64,000 nucleotides of DNA. It comes from Pyrinomonadaceae bacterium. Its GTDB lineage: Bacteria; Acidobacteriota; Blastocatellia; Pyrinomonadales; Pyrinomonadaceae. Of the stretch, positions 20,346 through 31,600 are shown in pieces. Position numbers and translations under genes: made by a program. The notes under the pieces were generated by a model, which did not search any database, was not told where the DNA came from, and was given only the letters and a program-made list of their open reading frames with translations. Every line of letters begins with the position of its first letter. Within the stretch, counting starts at the first letter, position 1. The stretch covers positions 261,085 to 325,084 of the forward strand of contig CAVRTN010000003.1 in NCBI GenBank assembly GCA_963724185.1. Reading direction: 5' to 3'.

Positions 20346-22871
20346 TTACTGCTTCGGTCCCACCACTGGTCCATCGCCGACGACGTAGAAGCCGGCCGGT
20401 GGATTGTTTCCATTGCCCACAAAGCTACCACAGCCGCCGCCGCCTGAGCGTTGACCGAGTTAATCGCAGCCTTGCTCTGGTTCGCCGGCACAACCACCGT
20501 TACGTAGGTGACGCTTTGGTTATTCGACGCGTCTGTCGCGATGATGCGGATTATGTAGACGCGGCCATCGCCGCCTCCCTCGCGCTCCGCCCGCAAACGC
20601 AACGTCGTGGGCGCGATGTCTTTTGCGTCAGGCGACATGCCACCTCCGGCAGGCAGATGATCGTCCTCATCGCTGAACACGGCCACCGCGATCGTCGGCA
20701 CCATGCCATCGTTATCGGAGGCCGTAACCGACAACCCAACATTCACCAGATCGTGATTCGGCGGCCACAACATCGCGACGCGCAACCGAAGCATTTACCG
20801 TCGGCGCCTGCGTGTCGTTGATGGTGATCGTCACAGTGGCGACATTTGAATCGACGCTGCCATCGTTTGCCACGTAGTCAAACGTATCCAGCCCAGTGAA
20901 CCCTGCATCCGGCGTGTAACTGAAACTGCCGTCAGCATTGAGCGTCAGCATCCCATTATTTGGGCCATTGCCAACAACATAGGTTGCTGTCAGCGTGTCG
21001 CCGTCCGCATCCGTATCGTTGGTCAGCACGCCCGGCGCTGGTACGTTCAGCGTGGTGTCCTGGTTCATGTTGTAGTTATCGTTGTTGGCTATCGGCGTAT
21101 CGTTGATGTTTGCCACCGCGACATTCACCGTCGCTGTATCGAAACCGCCGTTGCCGTCTGAAATTGTGTAAGTGAAAGAGTCGTTACCGAAAAAGTCGGG
21201 GTTGGGCGTGTAGCTCACCGACGTTCCGTTGTTAGTCGACGGTGCCATTCGCGCCCTGCGTGACCGAGACAACTACGAGCGTATCGCCGTCGGCGTCGTT
21301 GTCATTTGCGAGCACGGTAGATGACATTCGCGCCGCTGTCTTCGAAAACTGCAGCGTTGTCGTCATTGGCAACTGGAGCGTCCGGCACAGGCGTTACCGT
21401 TACGGACACGGTGGCAGTGTCGAAACCACCATTGCCGTCGCCGACTGTGTAGGTGAACGAGTCGCCGCCAAAGAAATTTGCGATTCGGCGTGTAACTGAC
21501 GTTGGCGCCGGCGTTGGTAATAGCAACTGAGCCATTCGCGCCTTGCGTTACCGCCGTGACAGTCAGCGTGTCCATGTCGACATCCGTGTCGTTTGCGAGG
21601 ACATTGATAATGTTCGCGCCGCTGTCTTCAGCTACCACGGCCACATCGTCAACCGCATTTGGCGGAGAACCGACGACGCACATGACCTGCACTTCAAATG
21701 CGCCCACGTCTCCGCCGTCGCCACCAGGCGCATTCGGTGATCGCGCCGTCGTCGCATGGACGCGTCAGGCCGCGCTGGTCCGTTGATGAGCCGCTGCTGT
21801 GTCCTTTGTCGATGGCGATGCTGCCGGCTTGAAGCGCGCGCGTCGGCGTTGGCCCACCGTTGTTTTGCAGTGGACCGAGATTTACCAGGGCGTCGTTGAC
21901 ATTGATCTGATCTGCCGTGCCCGGCGCTGGAATGATCGTTGGATTGAGCGGCAGGTTGTCGCCTAAGTCGCCGATGATGTTGTAGCCAAGGCTGTTGAAT
22001 GTTCCGTCCAGGTTCGGGAGAGAGCCGCCGGGATTGTTGCCGGCCACAATCGTGTTGCGGAGGTTCACGATTCCAGTGTTTCTTATTCCGCCAGTCAGGT
22101 TTTGGAATCCGGGGCCGGTGTTGTTGTTTGTGATCGTGCTGTTGGTGATGTTGGCAACGCCGCTTTCGACAAGGATCGCGCCGGCATGGATGGCTGCGAA
22201 ATTGCCGGTCACGGTGGTGTTGGTCATGTTCAGCGTCGCGTTGTCCCACATGTAGATTCGCGCCGGCGTCGTTGACTGTGGCGACGCTGTTGGAGATGGT
22301 GCAGTTTTCGAGAATGAGCGTCGCACCGCGCAGCTGGATCGCTCCCGCGCCGCCGGGGCCGGTGCCGTTGGTGATGTGAATATTTCGCAGAGTGACGACG
22401 ATGCCGGGGGCGCCTGCAGGATTGATATCGAAGATGCGATCAAGATCGGCAGCGTCAATGGTGGTGCCGTCGGGATGTCCGATAATAGTGAGCGAGTCGG
22501 TGATATCAAGATCGCCGGTCTCGCCGCCGTTTTCCCCACTTCCAGCCAGAGCGAACGTGATCGTTCCCGGCACGTTGAATACGATGGTGTCGTTGCCCGG
22601 GATCGCCGCCCTGACATTGAGGATAGCTGGTGAAGTTGTCGTTGGCATTATTGACCGCCTTGCGAAGCGTGCAGACGTTTGATAGCGGCGCGGGCGGCTG
22701 CGCCAGACTGTCGATTAGAATCTCGACTTGAATTTCGACCGCGCGGGCTGGCGATGCAAAAGCCAACATTGCAAGGCCAATGCAAAGTGTTATGAGCAGG
22801 CGCGAGGCTGCGGAAAGAGCTGGATTCGTTAGAAAAGATGCAGGGGTTGCAAAGTGAACATTCGGGGTCAT
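20346..22871 (-). pseudogene. large secreted adhesin-like protein: CSLREA-type/choice-of-anchor-Q parallel beta-helix, cadherin/VCBS-like repeats and an LWPPNH C-terminal domain; at least 6 frameshifts
   Basis: Fragments:
- 22506-22871: signal peptide, CTLRKAVNNAN.
- 21632-22648 and 21694-22617: GNDTIVFNVPGTITF, LRNTIVAGN, NNGGPTPT.
- 21363-21707, 21302-21535 and 20712-21272: repeats NDTDADGDTLT...GFTG.D.F.Y.
- 20189-20794: LWPPNHDLV.
A frame switch near 20400 gives the tail FVGNGNNPPAGFYVVGDGPVVGPKQ*, ending at 20346. Confidence 0.7.
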
Positions 22872-23228
22872 GATCAGGAAGCCTCCTTCGAGTCGTGAGA
22901 TATTGTTGTTATTACGTAATTTGTTGGTTGCGATTGCCGCAGCGAGAGGGGAGCGCTGTGCTTTGCTATTTAAAGGATCAGGATAAGGACATGGTCAACC
23001 CACTTCAAATACGAAACTAATTTACCCCTTGATAGATTGATGGTAGAGAGTTTCAGCCGAAACAGTGTTGCGGGGCTGAAGTCAATGTGATCAATGTCCC
23101 GGAATTCTACAGGATTCCTGGCCGTCATAAAACGGTTTTCTTAGCGTGCGTCCGTCAAGCTTTAGCTTGTCGTTGAACTCGGCGTCGGTGAACTGCGACA
23201 AACTGAAGCTTGTCGGACAGCGGGCCGG

Positions 23229-24086
23229 CTATTTCGCGCCTTTCAGCCGGCGGTTGAAGAAATCTATCGTGAGTGGCAGCATTTCGGCGCGCGGGACACC
23301 GTGCTCGGCGTTTGGCCAAAGCTTGATCTCAAAATCCTTCTTGAGTTCCTTGAGCCGATCCCGCAGGAGCAAAGCCTGGCTCACGGGAACGTTCGCGTCC
23401 TTCTCGCCATGCAGAATTAACACCGGAGCTTGCAGCCGTTCCATTTGCAAAACGGAGGAGCGCTCCTTGATGGCCGCTTCGGTCATCCCGCTTTCGGCTT
23501 TCATGTTTGCAGTGATGCCTTCGATTTTGATCTCGTCGTACGCTCGTTTGAAATCGTAGATGCCTGCGCCGAGCACCACAGCCTTCAAGTCTTTGAGTTT
23601 GATTGCGAGAAGCGACGCGGCCATGCCCCCGCGTGAATAACCAAAGATTCCCATCCGCTTTGCGTCAACGTAAGTCTCGCGTTTGAATCTATCGAATCCG
23701 GCGGTGAGCGCCTCAATCGTTTTCGGTCCAACGTAGTCAGCTTTGCCGGTTGACTTTCCAAAACCAGGTTGGGTGACGGCAACACTGGCAATACCTTCGT
23801 CCGCCAGGATCCGGCCGAGATAGATGTAATCGGTGGCGCTGCGCTGATAACCGGGAATCAGCATGACGCCCGGATATTTACCGTCAGCTTCGGGGCGAAA
23901 GGTGATGGCTTCGACGTTCGCTCCAACGGAAGGGTAGTCGTATTTGCATATCCTGACCTTCTCGAGCGTGACACAGCCGTCCTTCTCCAGGGTGTCGAGC
24001 AGGGCCCTTTGATCTGGCCGTTGAGCTGAAGCTGTGATGCCGCAAAGTATGCAGGTGATTAAAAGAAGAAGGCTGTCGATTTTCAT
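23229..24086 (-). CDS. secreted alpha/beta hydrolase (S9 / dienelactone-hydrolase-like)
   Basis: Nucleophile elbow GYSRGG, with ILHGEKDANVP (Asp) and NAEHGV (His). I prefer the start at MKIDSLLLLITCILCGITASAQ (24086), because the longer ORF-track N-terminus (to 24242) is a translated REP. Confidence 0.8.
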   Translation of the reverse strand: MKIDSLLLLITCILCGITASAQRPDQRALLDTLEKDGCVTLEKVRICKYDYPSVGANVEAITFRPEADGKYPGVMLIPGYQRSATDYIYLGRILADEGIASVAVTQPGFGKSTGKADYVGPKTIEALTAGFDRFKRETYVDAKRMGIFGYSRGGMAASLLAIKLKDLKAVVLGAGIYDFKRAYDEIKIEGITANMKAESGMTEAAIKERSSVLQMERLQAPVLILHGEKDANVPVSQALLLRDRLKELKKDFEIKLWPNAEHGVPRAEMLPLTIDFFNRRLKGAK

Positions 24087-24125
24087 ATCTTTCTTATTAC
24101 TGTTTAATGGATTTGTTTTCGCCAT

Positions 24126-24232
24126 TCCTCCCCTTCCCTTTGAGAAGGGGATCGAGGGGAAGGGCTTGAGCGACGTCATGCTCTTTCCCCCAACCCTCTC
24201 CCGGTACGTACACTCGCAGAGGGAGACGGAGA
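24126..24232. repeat. short GC palindromes (CCCCTTCCC...GGGGAAGGG and CCCTCTC...GAGGGAG)
   Basis: CTCCCCTTCCC (24128-24138) pairs with GGGGAAGGG (24156-24164). A second pair lies at ~24193-24225. Confidence 0.45.
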
Positions 24233-24329
24233 TAAGAATCACTTACAATAGATCCGACGTTGCCATCCGTGTTGCCGTTCAAATTCATTTCGCCACCTTC
24301 AAAGGTCGCCAGTGAATTTGGTGCGAAGG

Positions 24330-25223
24330 CTACTCAAGCACGTGGCGAAGCGCCGCCTCGAGCTGCGCAAACTTAAACGGGTAGTCTGCCGTTTTCAATC
24401 GCTCAGGCTCAACCCTCTGGCCCGAAAGCAACAGCGCATCTCCCATCTCACCAAATAGGAGACGAACGCCGAAAGCAGGAATCGGAAATATAGTCGGACG
24501 CGACAGCGCATGGCCCAACGTTTTTGTAAACTCCGCATTTGTCACCGGATTTGGCGCGACGAAGTTAACGGGTCCGCTCAGGCTTTCGTTTATCAGCGCA
24601 AACTTCAGCGCGCCGATCACATCATCGAGCGCGATCCAACTCATCCATTGCTTGCCGCTACCGATTTTGCCACCGACGCCCATACGAAATGGCGTCAACA
24701 TTTTTGCCAGCGCGCCGCCTTCTTTGTCGAGAATGATTCCAAAGCGGGCGTTTACCGTGCGGATTCCCTTCTCCTTCGCGTGCGACGTAGCTTTTTCCCA
24801 TTGAACGCAAACATCCGCCAGAAAACTCTTCGCCGGGCGCGCTCGCTTCGGTCAGAAGCTCATCGCCCCGATTTCCGTAGTAACCGATTGCCGAGGCGGA
24901 AATCAGGACCTTTGGCGGACTCGAAAGATTTGCAAGCGCATCGCTTAGTAGTTGCGTTCCACGCGTGCGGCTTTCCAGGATCCGTTTCTTCTTTTCGTCC
25001 GTCCAGCGTCCTTCGGCAATGCTCTCGCCAGCCAGGTGCACTGCGGCATCAAAACCTTCCAGACGCGCCAGGGCGATACTGTAACGGTCGGGGCTCCATT
25101 CAACTTCAGCCTCATCGCGCGGCGCGTAGCGCACCAGACGAAAGATTTCGTGCCCGTCAATTTGGAGCGACTCGATTAATGCTTTGCCGAAAGTCCATGT
25201 GATCCGCTGATTAAGATTCGCAT
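24330..25223 (-). pseudogene. TIGR01777/YfcH-type NAD-dependent epimerase family protein with a DUF1731 C-terminus, 2 frameshifts
   Basis: MRILISGS... begins at 25223. Fragments are 24658-25134 and 24330-24701 (the C-terminus RVEPERLKTADYPFKFAQLEAALRHVL is typical of DUF1731). Confidence 0.8.
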
Positions 25224-25611
25224 TTATATTTACACCAATTACTGCCGGTCAGTGGCAGCCCAAGTTGCGCGTAAGCTCACTGGCGGGACGCCGTGCCACT
25301 CCTGAAGTTGGAGACCAATACCATTCAATCCGAGTACTCCCCTACGGTCGAGCCAAAGCCCCTCTCCGACCCCGACTACTGCCCCCGCGCGGCTGACTGC
25401 CAAGTTTGAGTTTCTCTTTCTCAGCGAACGCGGTAGAATCTCGCCGACTCAGGTCATCAACAGTTCAGCAGAAGCGAAAGCCAGCGCTTTCCAAAAGTTA
25501 TATTCTGACATTTATATTAGCAGACTGTCGTCATCATCTCCCTTGACCGGTCAGCTCCTTTCGTTCGACATAATTCAGGTCGGCATCTCAACGACGGATC
25601 GTAAACCCTAA

Positions 25612-28600
25612 GTGCTTCGCTTTCGACGTTATCTCTTCGTTCTCCTGGCGGTCGCGGCCCTCTGCGCCATCGGCTGGCAGAGCGCGCGTATGCAGAGCCC
25701 CCTGCGGCGAATCACCAACACCACCGAAGAAGGCAAGAGCCTCAGCCCGACAATCAGTGGCGATGGTCGCATCATCGCCTTTGAGTCAACTAAAGACATC
25801 GCTAATGCCGGGGGCCCCGAAGGGTTCCGCGCCATGCGCGCAAACGTCTCCATCGATCCGCCGACCTTCCTGCAAATGGGTGCAGCTCGCGCGCCGGCGC
25901 CGGCGATTTCGCAGGACGGCTCGCGCATCGCTTTCGCAGCTAAAGAAAACCCGCTCGGCACCAACAGCGATTCCAACTCTGAGATCTTCCTCTACGACGG
26001 GGCGAAGCTAAACCAAATTACTAATACTTCACCGGGCGATGCCTCGCTGCGCGGTGTTAATGGAAACTTCCTTCCCTCCATCTCGGACGACGGGCGATAC
26101 ATCGCTTTTTCCTCAAATCGAAACCTGACCAGCCAAAACGCCGACGGAAACTTCGAAATCTTTGTTTACGATTCGGTCGCTGCGAGTTTTGTCCAGGCCA
26201 CAAACTCGAACAATATCGTCGGTTTCACGGATGCAAAAATCAGCGGTGACGGCGCCAGCCTTTTTTATATTCGCGACACAGGCCTTACGCCGAGCAACAA
26301 TCGCGACCTGGTTAGACAAAACCGTCAAACTCTCTTCGTGGTCGGGCTGCTCGCAACCCAAGCCCCCAAACTCAGTCTGACTTACGGCCGCTCGGTGAGC
26401 GACGATGGACTGCGCGTCGTCTGGTCAGCAGAAACCTCACCCGATGGCAGCCAGGTGTTTCTCTGGGATGGCCGCAATAGTGTAACGCGTCAAATCACAA
26501 ACGCTTGCCGAACGCGTCACTGACGTGCCGCTCCATCCTTCAATCAGCGGCGACGGTTCTCGCATATCCTTTGCCACCCGGCGCACAGTCATGCCGGGCA
26601 ATTCGGATAACAGCATCGAGGTTTACACTTTTGAGATTTCCAGCGGCTCACTCTCGCGAGTAACAAACGCGCCCATCACGGCTGATGGTTTTGAAGGCAG
26701 CCGACGCGACGTAGAAGTCGTCACGTCGCTAAGCGACGACGGCTCGATTATCGCCTTTAACTTTCCGCGCATTATTTCAGGGGCCGTGGTTAACGCGGAT
26801 TTCGTCAACAACTCTGAAATCTATGTCACCGGCACTGCCCCTCGACCGTCATCAGGGACCCTGACGATTCTCAATGGCGCGTCGTTTGGACATGAACCGG
26901 CAACTACGGAGGCAGTCGCGCCCGACAGCGTTGCCGTAGCGCGCGGAGGCGCGTTAGCGTTTCGCTCCGAACAGTCTCAGCCAACTGCCGGCGTTTATCC
27001 GACAACAGTGGCCGGCACGACTGTAACTGTTAACGGTCGTAGCGCTCAGATCTTTTTCGTTTCTCCGACTCAGGTCAATTTCCACGTCCCCGCTGCCACT
27101 GAATTGGGGATCGCCGAAGTTGTCGTCACCAACTCCGACGGCTTCCAGAGTCGCGGCACTATCTCCGTTCTCACCGGCGCGCCCGGCGTTTTCACCAGGA
27201 GCGGCGATGGACTCGGCGAAGGCGTGATTCTCGATGCCAACACGCTGATGCCCGGCCCGTTTGATCCAACCAGCGGAAATCTCCGTTTGATAATTTTCGC
27301 CACCGGCACACGCCGCGCTGCGACAGTCTCAGTGACAGCAGGAAGCCGCGCACTCACCGTTGAATCGAGAATGGAAAACCCGGAGATGCCGGGCATGGAT
27401 GAGATTCATGTGCTGGTGCCTGCCGACCTGCGCGGTGTTGGGAAGGTGGACCTGATCGTTACGGCGGATGGCCGCGACAGCAATCCTGTGATTGTCGAAT
27501 TTATCGGAGACGCTCGCCGCGACGTGTTGATTAACGAATTCCTGGCGGATCCGGCTGCCAGCGATACCGACCCGACGGTGGGCGACGCTAACCGTGACGG
27601 GGTGCGGAGCGCTTCTCAGGATGAATTCATCGAGTTGGTTAACACCACCACTAACGACATCGATATCAGCGGCTATCGAATTTTCACTCGCGGCACCGGC
27701 TCCGACGTCCAACGCCACGTATTCCCATGCGGGCACAGTGCTGCAGATCGTGCAGTGCAATCGTTGTCTTCGGTGGCGGTAATACAAACTTCAATCCAAA
27801 CGATCCCGCATTCGGTGGCGCGCAGGTGGTCAAGGCTTCGTCGGGTGGTATCTCACTCGGTAACGCCGAGGGTGCAATCACTCTGCAGGATCAGACTGGG
27901 GCGATCGTCAATCTCGTGGCTTACGGCGGTTCGTCCGGCATCGAAGCCGACAATGATCAATCGGTAACCCGTTCACCGGACATCACCGGCAGCTTCGCGC
28001 AACATTTAGCTGCCAGCGGCGGTGCGCGTCCCTATAGTCCGGGCACGCAGATTAATGGCTTGCCATTCACTTCATGCACGCCGGCAGTCGCTCGCGTCGA
28101 AGTATTGCCCGCCGCCGCGACCATTGACGCTGGCGCGCAGCAGCAGTTCACCGCTAAGGCGTACGACGCAGCAAACAATGAAATTCCCGGGGTGATTTTT
28201 AGCTGGCAGTCGAGTAACACCGCGGTGGCCACAATTGATCAAAATGGATTGGCCACTGGAATCTCCGCGGGCACAGTCGAGATTCGCGCTACCGGTCGGG
28301 GCGTTCAATCGCCTCCCGCATCGCTGACGGTTAATCCCGTCGCGCCGCCAAACGTGGTAATCAACGAAGTTGACTCTGATCAGACTGGGACAGACACCGC
28401 GGAGTTCGTCGAGATCTTCGACGGCGGTACGGGCAACACTTCGCTGACCAGGCTGGTAGTCGTTTTCTATAACGGCGGCGACGATCAGTCGTACGCCGCG
28501 TTCGATCTCGACGGCTTCAGCACGAACGGCAGCGGCTACTTCACCCTCGGAAGCGCCGCTGTTCCTGGCGTGGACCTCGTCTTCGCTGACGGCTTGATGC

Positions 28601-31600
28601 AAAACGGCCCGGACGCCGTCGCCGTCTATGTAGGCAACGCCACGGATTTCCCCAACGGCACGCCAGTCACCACGACGAATCTTATCGACGCCCTGGTTTA
28701 CGACACGAATGACGCGGACGATGCGGGCTTGCTTACGCTGCTCAACCCCAGCGAGCCGCAGGTCAACGAAGACGCCGGCGGCAATGGCATTACAAACTCA
28801 AATCAGCGTTGCCCGAACGGTTCAGGTGGCCCACGCAACACGTCCACCTATAACCAGTTTGCGCCTACCGCTGACATGGCAAACATTTGCTCGGTCGTCA
28901 CACCCGTTCCCACGCTTTCAATTGACGACGTGTCTGCCAATGAAGGCAACGCCGGCACGACGGTATTCACGTTCACCGTCAGTCTGTCGTCTCCTGCCCC
29001 CGCGGGTGGTGTCACGTTTGATATTGCGACTGCCGATAACACGGCAACTGTTGCCGACAACGATTACGTGGCGAAGAGCCTGACAGCCCAAACGATCGCG
29101 GCCGGCGCGCAGACGTATCAGTTTACCGTCACAGTCAATGGCGACCCGACCGTCGAGCCGAACGAAAGTTTCCTGGTTAACGTGACCAATGTCGCGGGTG
29201 CAACGATGGCGGACGGCCAGGGCGTCGGTACAATTCAGAACGACGACAGTCCGACGCTGAGTATCAACGATGTGTCCGCCAGTGAAGGCAACAGCGGCAC
29301 TACAACGTTCACTTTCACCGTAACGTCAACCTTGCCTGCGCCCGCGGGCGGCATAACCTTCGACATAGCCACCGCCGACGGTACGGCGACTGTCGCCGAC
29401 AATGATTACGTGGCCCGCAGTCTGACCGCGCAAACCATTCCAGCTGGAAATACCACTTACACGTTTGACGTCAGCGTAAACGGCGACGCGCTCGTTGAGG
29501 CAAACGATACGTTCTTCGTAAACCTCAGCAACGTTGCCGGCGCAACTGCACTCGATGGCCAGGGTCAGGGAACAATTCAAAACGACGATGGCGCATTGCT
29601 AGTGATTAGTCAGGTCTATGCCGGGGGCGGAAACGCAGGTGCGCAGTTCACCAACGACTTCGTCGAGATATTCAACCGCGGCACCACGACGGTTAACTTC
29701 GCCAGCACACCTTTCTCAGTTCAGTATGCCGGCGCTACGTCGAGCTTTAGTTCCAACAAAGTGGATCTGACCACGGGCTCAGTCGCTCCCGGACAATACT
29801 TCCTGGTTCAACTGTCAGGCGGCGTGAATGGCGTGGCCTTGCCCACTCCAGATGCGACCGGCAGCATTACGATGGCGGCTACGGCAGGCAAAGTCGCGCT
29901 CGTAAACGGAACCACAGCGCTCAGCGGCAGCGGCTGTCCGTTGGCGCCTTCGGTGGCGGATTTTGTGGGGTACGGTACGACGGCAGACTGTTTTGAGGGA
30001 TCCGGCCGCGCGCCGGCGCCGAGCAACACCACAGCTGATTTCCGAAAGGCCGGCGGCTGTACAGACACGAATGACAACGCGGCAGATTTTCTCGTCTCGG
30101 CGCCCTTCCCGCGCAACACCGGTTCGCCGTTCAACAATTGCGCGGTAGGCACTCCCCCCAATCTGACGATCAATGACGTTACTGTTGTCGAGGGCAACAG
30201 TGGAACTACGACGGCGACATTCACCGTCAGCCTTTCCGCTCCGGCGCCGTCCACCGATGTCATCTTCGATATCGCCACCCAGGACAACACGGCGACGACT
30301 GCGAACAGCGACTACGCTACGAAGACGCTGGCCACCCAGGTAATCCCTGCCGGCCAGCAAACCTACACATTCACTGTCAACGTCAACGGCGATACAGCGG
30401 TCGAACCGGACGAGTCGTTCTTTGTAAACGTCACCAACGTTTCAGGCGCAACGGTGACAGATGGTCAGGGCACGGGAACAATTCAGAATGATGATCTGCC
30501 GGGTTTGACCATCAACGATGTTTCGCAGAACGAAGGCAACAGCGGCGCCTCGGTCTTTACGTTTACCGTTAGCCTTTCCATCGCGGCCCCCACAGGCGGG
30601 GTTACTTTTGACATCGGCACCCAGGACAACACCGCGACGACCGCGGATAACGACTACGTGTTGCGCAGCCTGACGTCGCAAACGATCCCGGCCGGAAGCA
30701 GTACGTATACTTTCGACGTCACAGTCAACGGCGACGCTGTCATCGAAAATAATGAAACCTTCTTCGTTAATGTGACCAACGTTTCCGGCGCTACAGTCCT
30801 GGACGGACAGGGCCAGGGCACAATTCAAAACGACGACAGTCCGAACCTCAACATCAATGACGTCTCGGCCAACGAAACCAACAGCGGCACCACGGTGTTC
30901 ACGTTTACCGTAACTTCTACGCTGCCGGCACCGGCGGGCGGAATCACGTTTGACATCGCTACGGCCGATGGCACCGCACAGGACGATAATCCGGTAACTG
31001 AAGACAACGACTACGTGGCGCGCGCGCTGACTAGTCAAACGATTCCGGCAACGCAAACCACTTATACCTTTGACGTCACCGTAAACGGCGACACCACGAT
31101 CGAGCCGGACGAAACGTTCTTCGTAAATATCAGTAACGCCACCGGCGCCACTATCAGCGACGGTTCGGGCATCGGCACAATTCTTAACGACGACACTCCG
31201 GATTTAGTGATCAGCCAACTCTACGCCGGCGGTGGAAACACAGGCGCACAATTCACCAACGACTTCGTCGAGATCTTTAATCAGGGAACAACGACAGTTG
31301 ATTTCGCCACCACACCTTTCTCAGTTCAGTATGCCGGCGCCACCGCCACGTTCGGATCAAGCAAAGTTGATCTAATCTCTGGCTCAATCGCACCGGGTCA
31401 ATACTTCCTGGTGCAACTGAGCGGCGGGGCGAATGGTTCACCATTGCCGACTCCGGATGCGACTGGATCAATTCCGATGGCTGCGACTGCCGGCAAGGTG
31501 GCGTTAGTTCTCGGAACAACTGCACTAAGCGGCTCGGCCTGTCCCCTGACGACAAACGTCGTCGATTTTGTCGGGTACGGCACGACGGCAGACTGTTTTG

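Noticed and set aside
21632-22648. A 338-aa ORF overlapping ORF 21694-22617 on the same strand, as if two genes were present.
   Set aside because: The N-terminal ~130 residues are genuine beta-helix sequence. The remainder (…HDQHHRDRQFRSHPCRRDPCRKRRCQHHQQ…) is an out-of-frame read-through after a frameshift. I treated it as part of the single adhesin gene.
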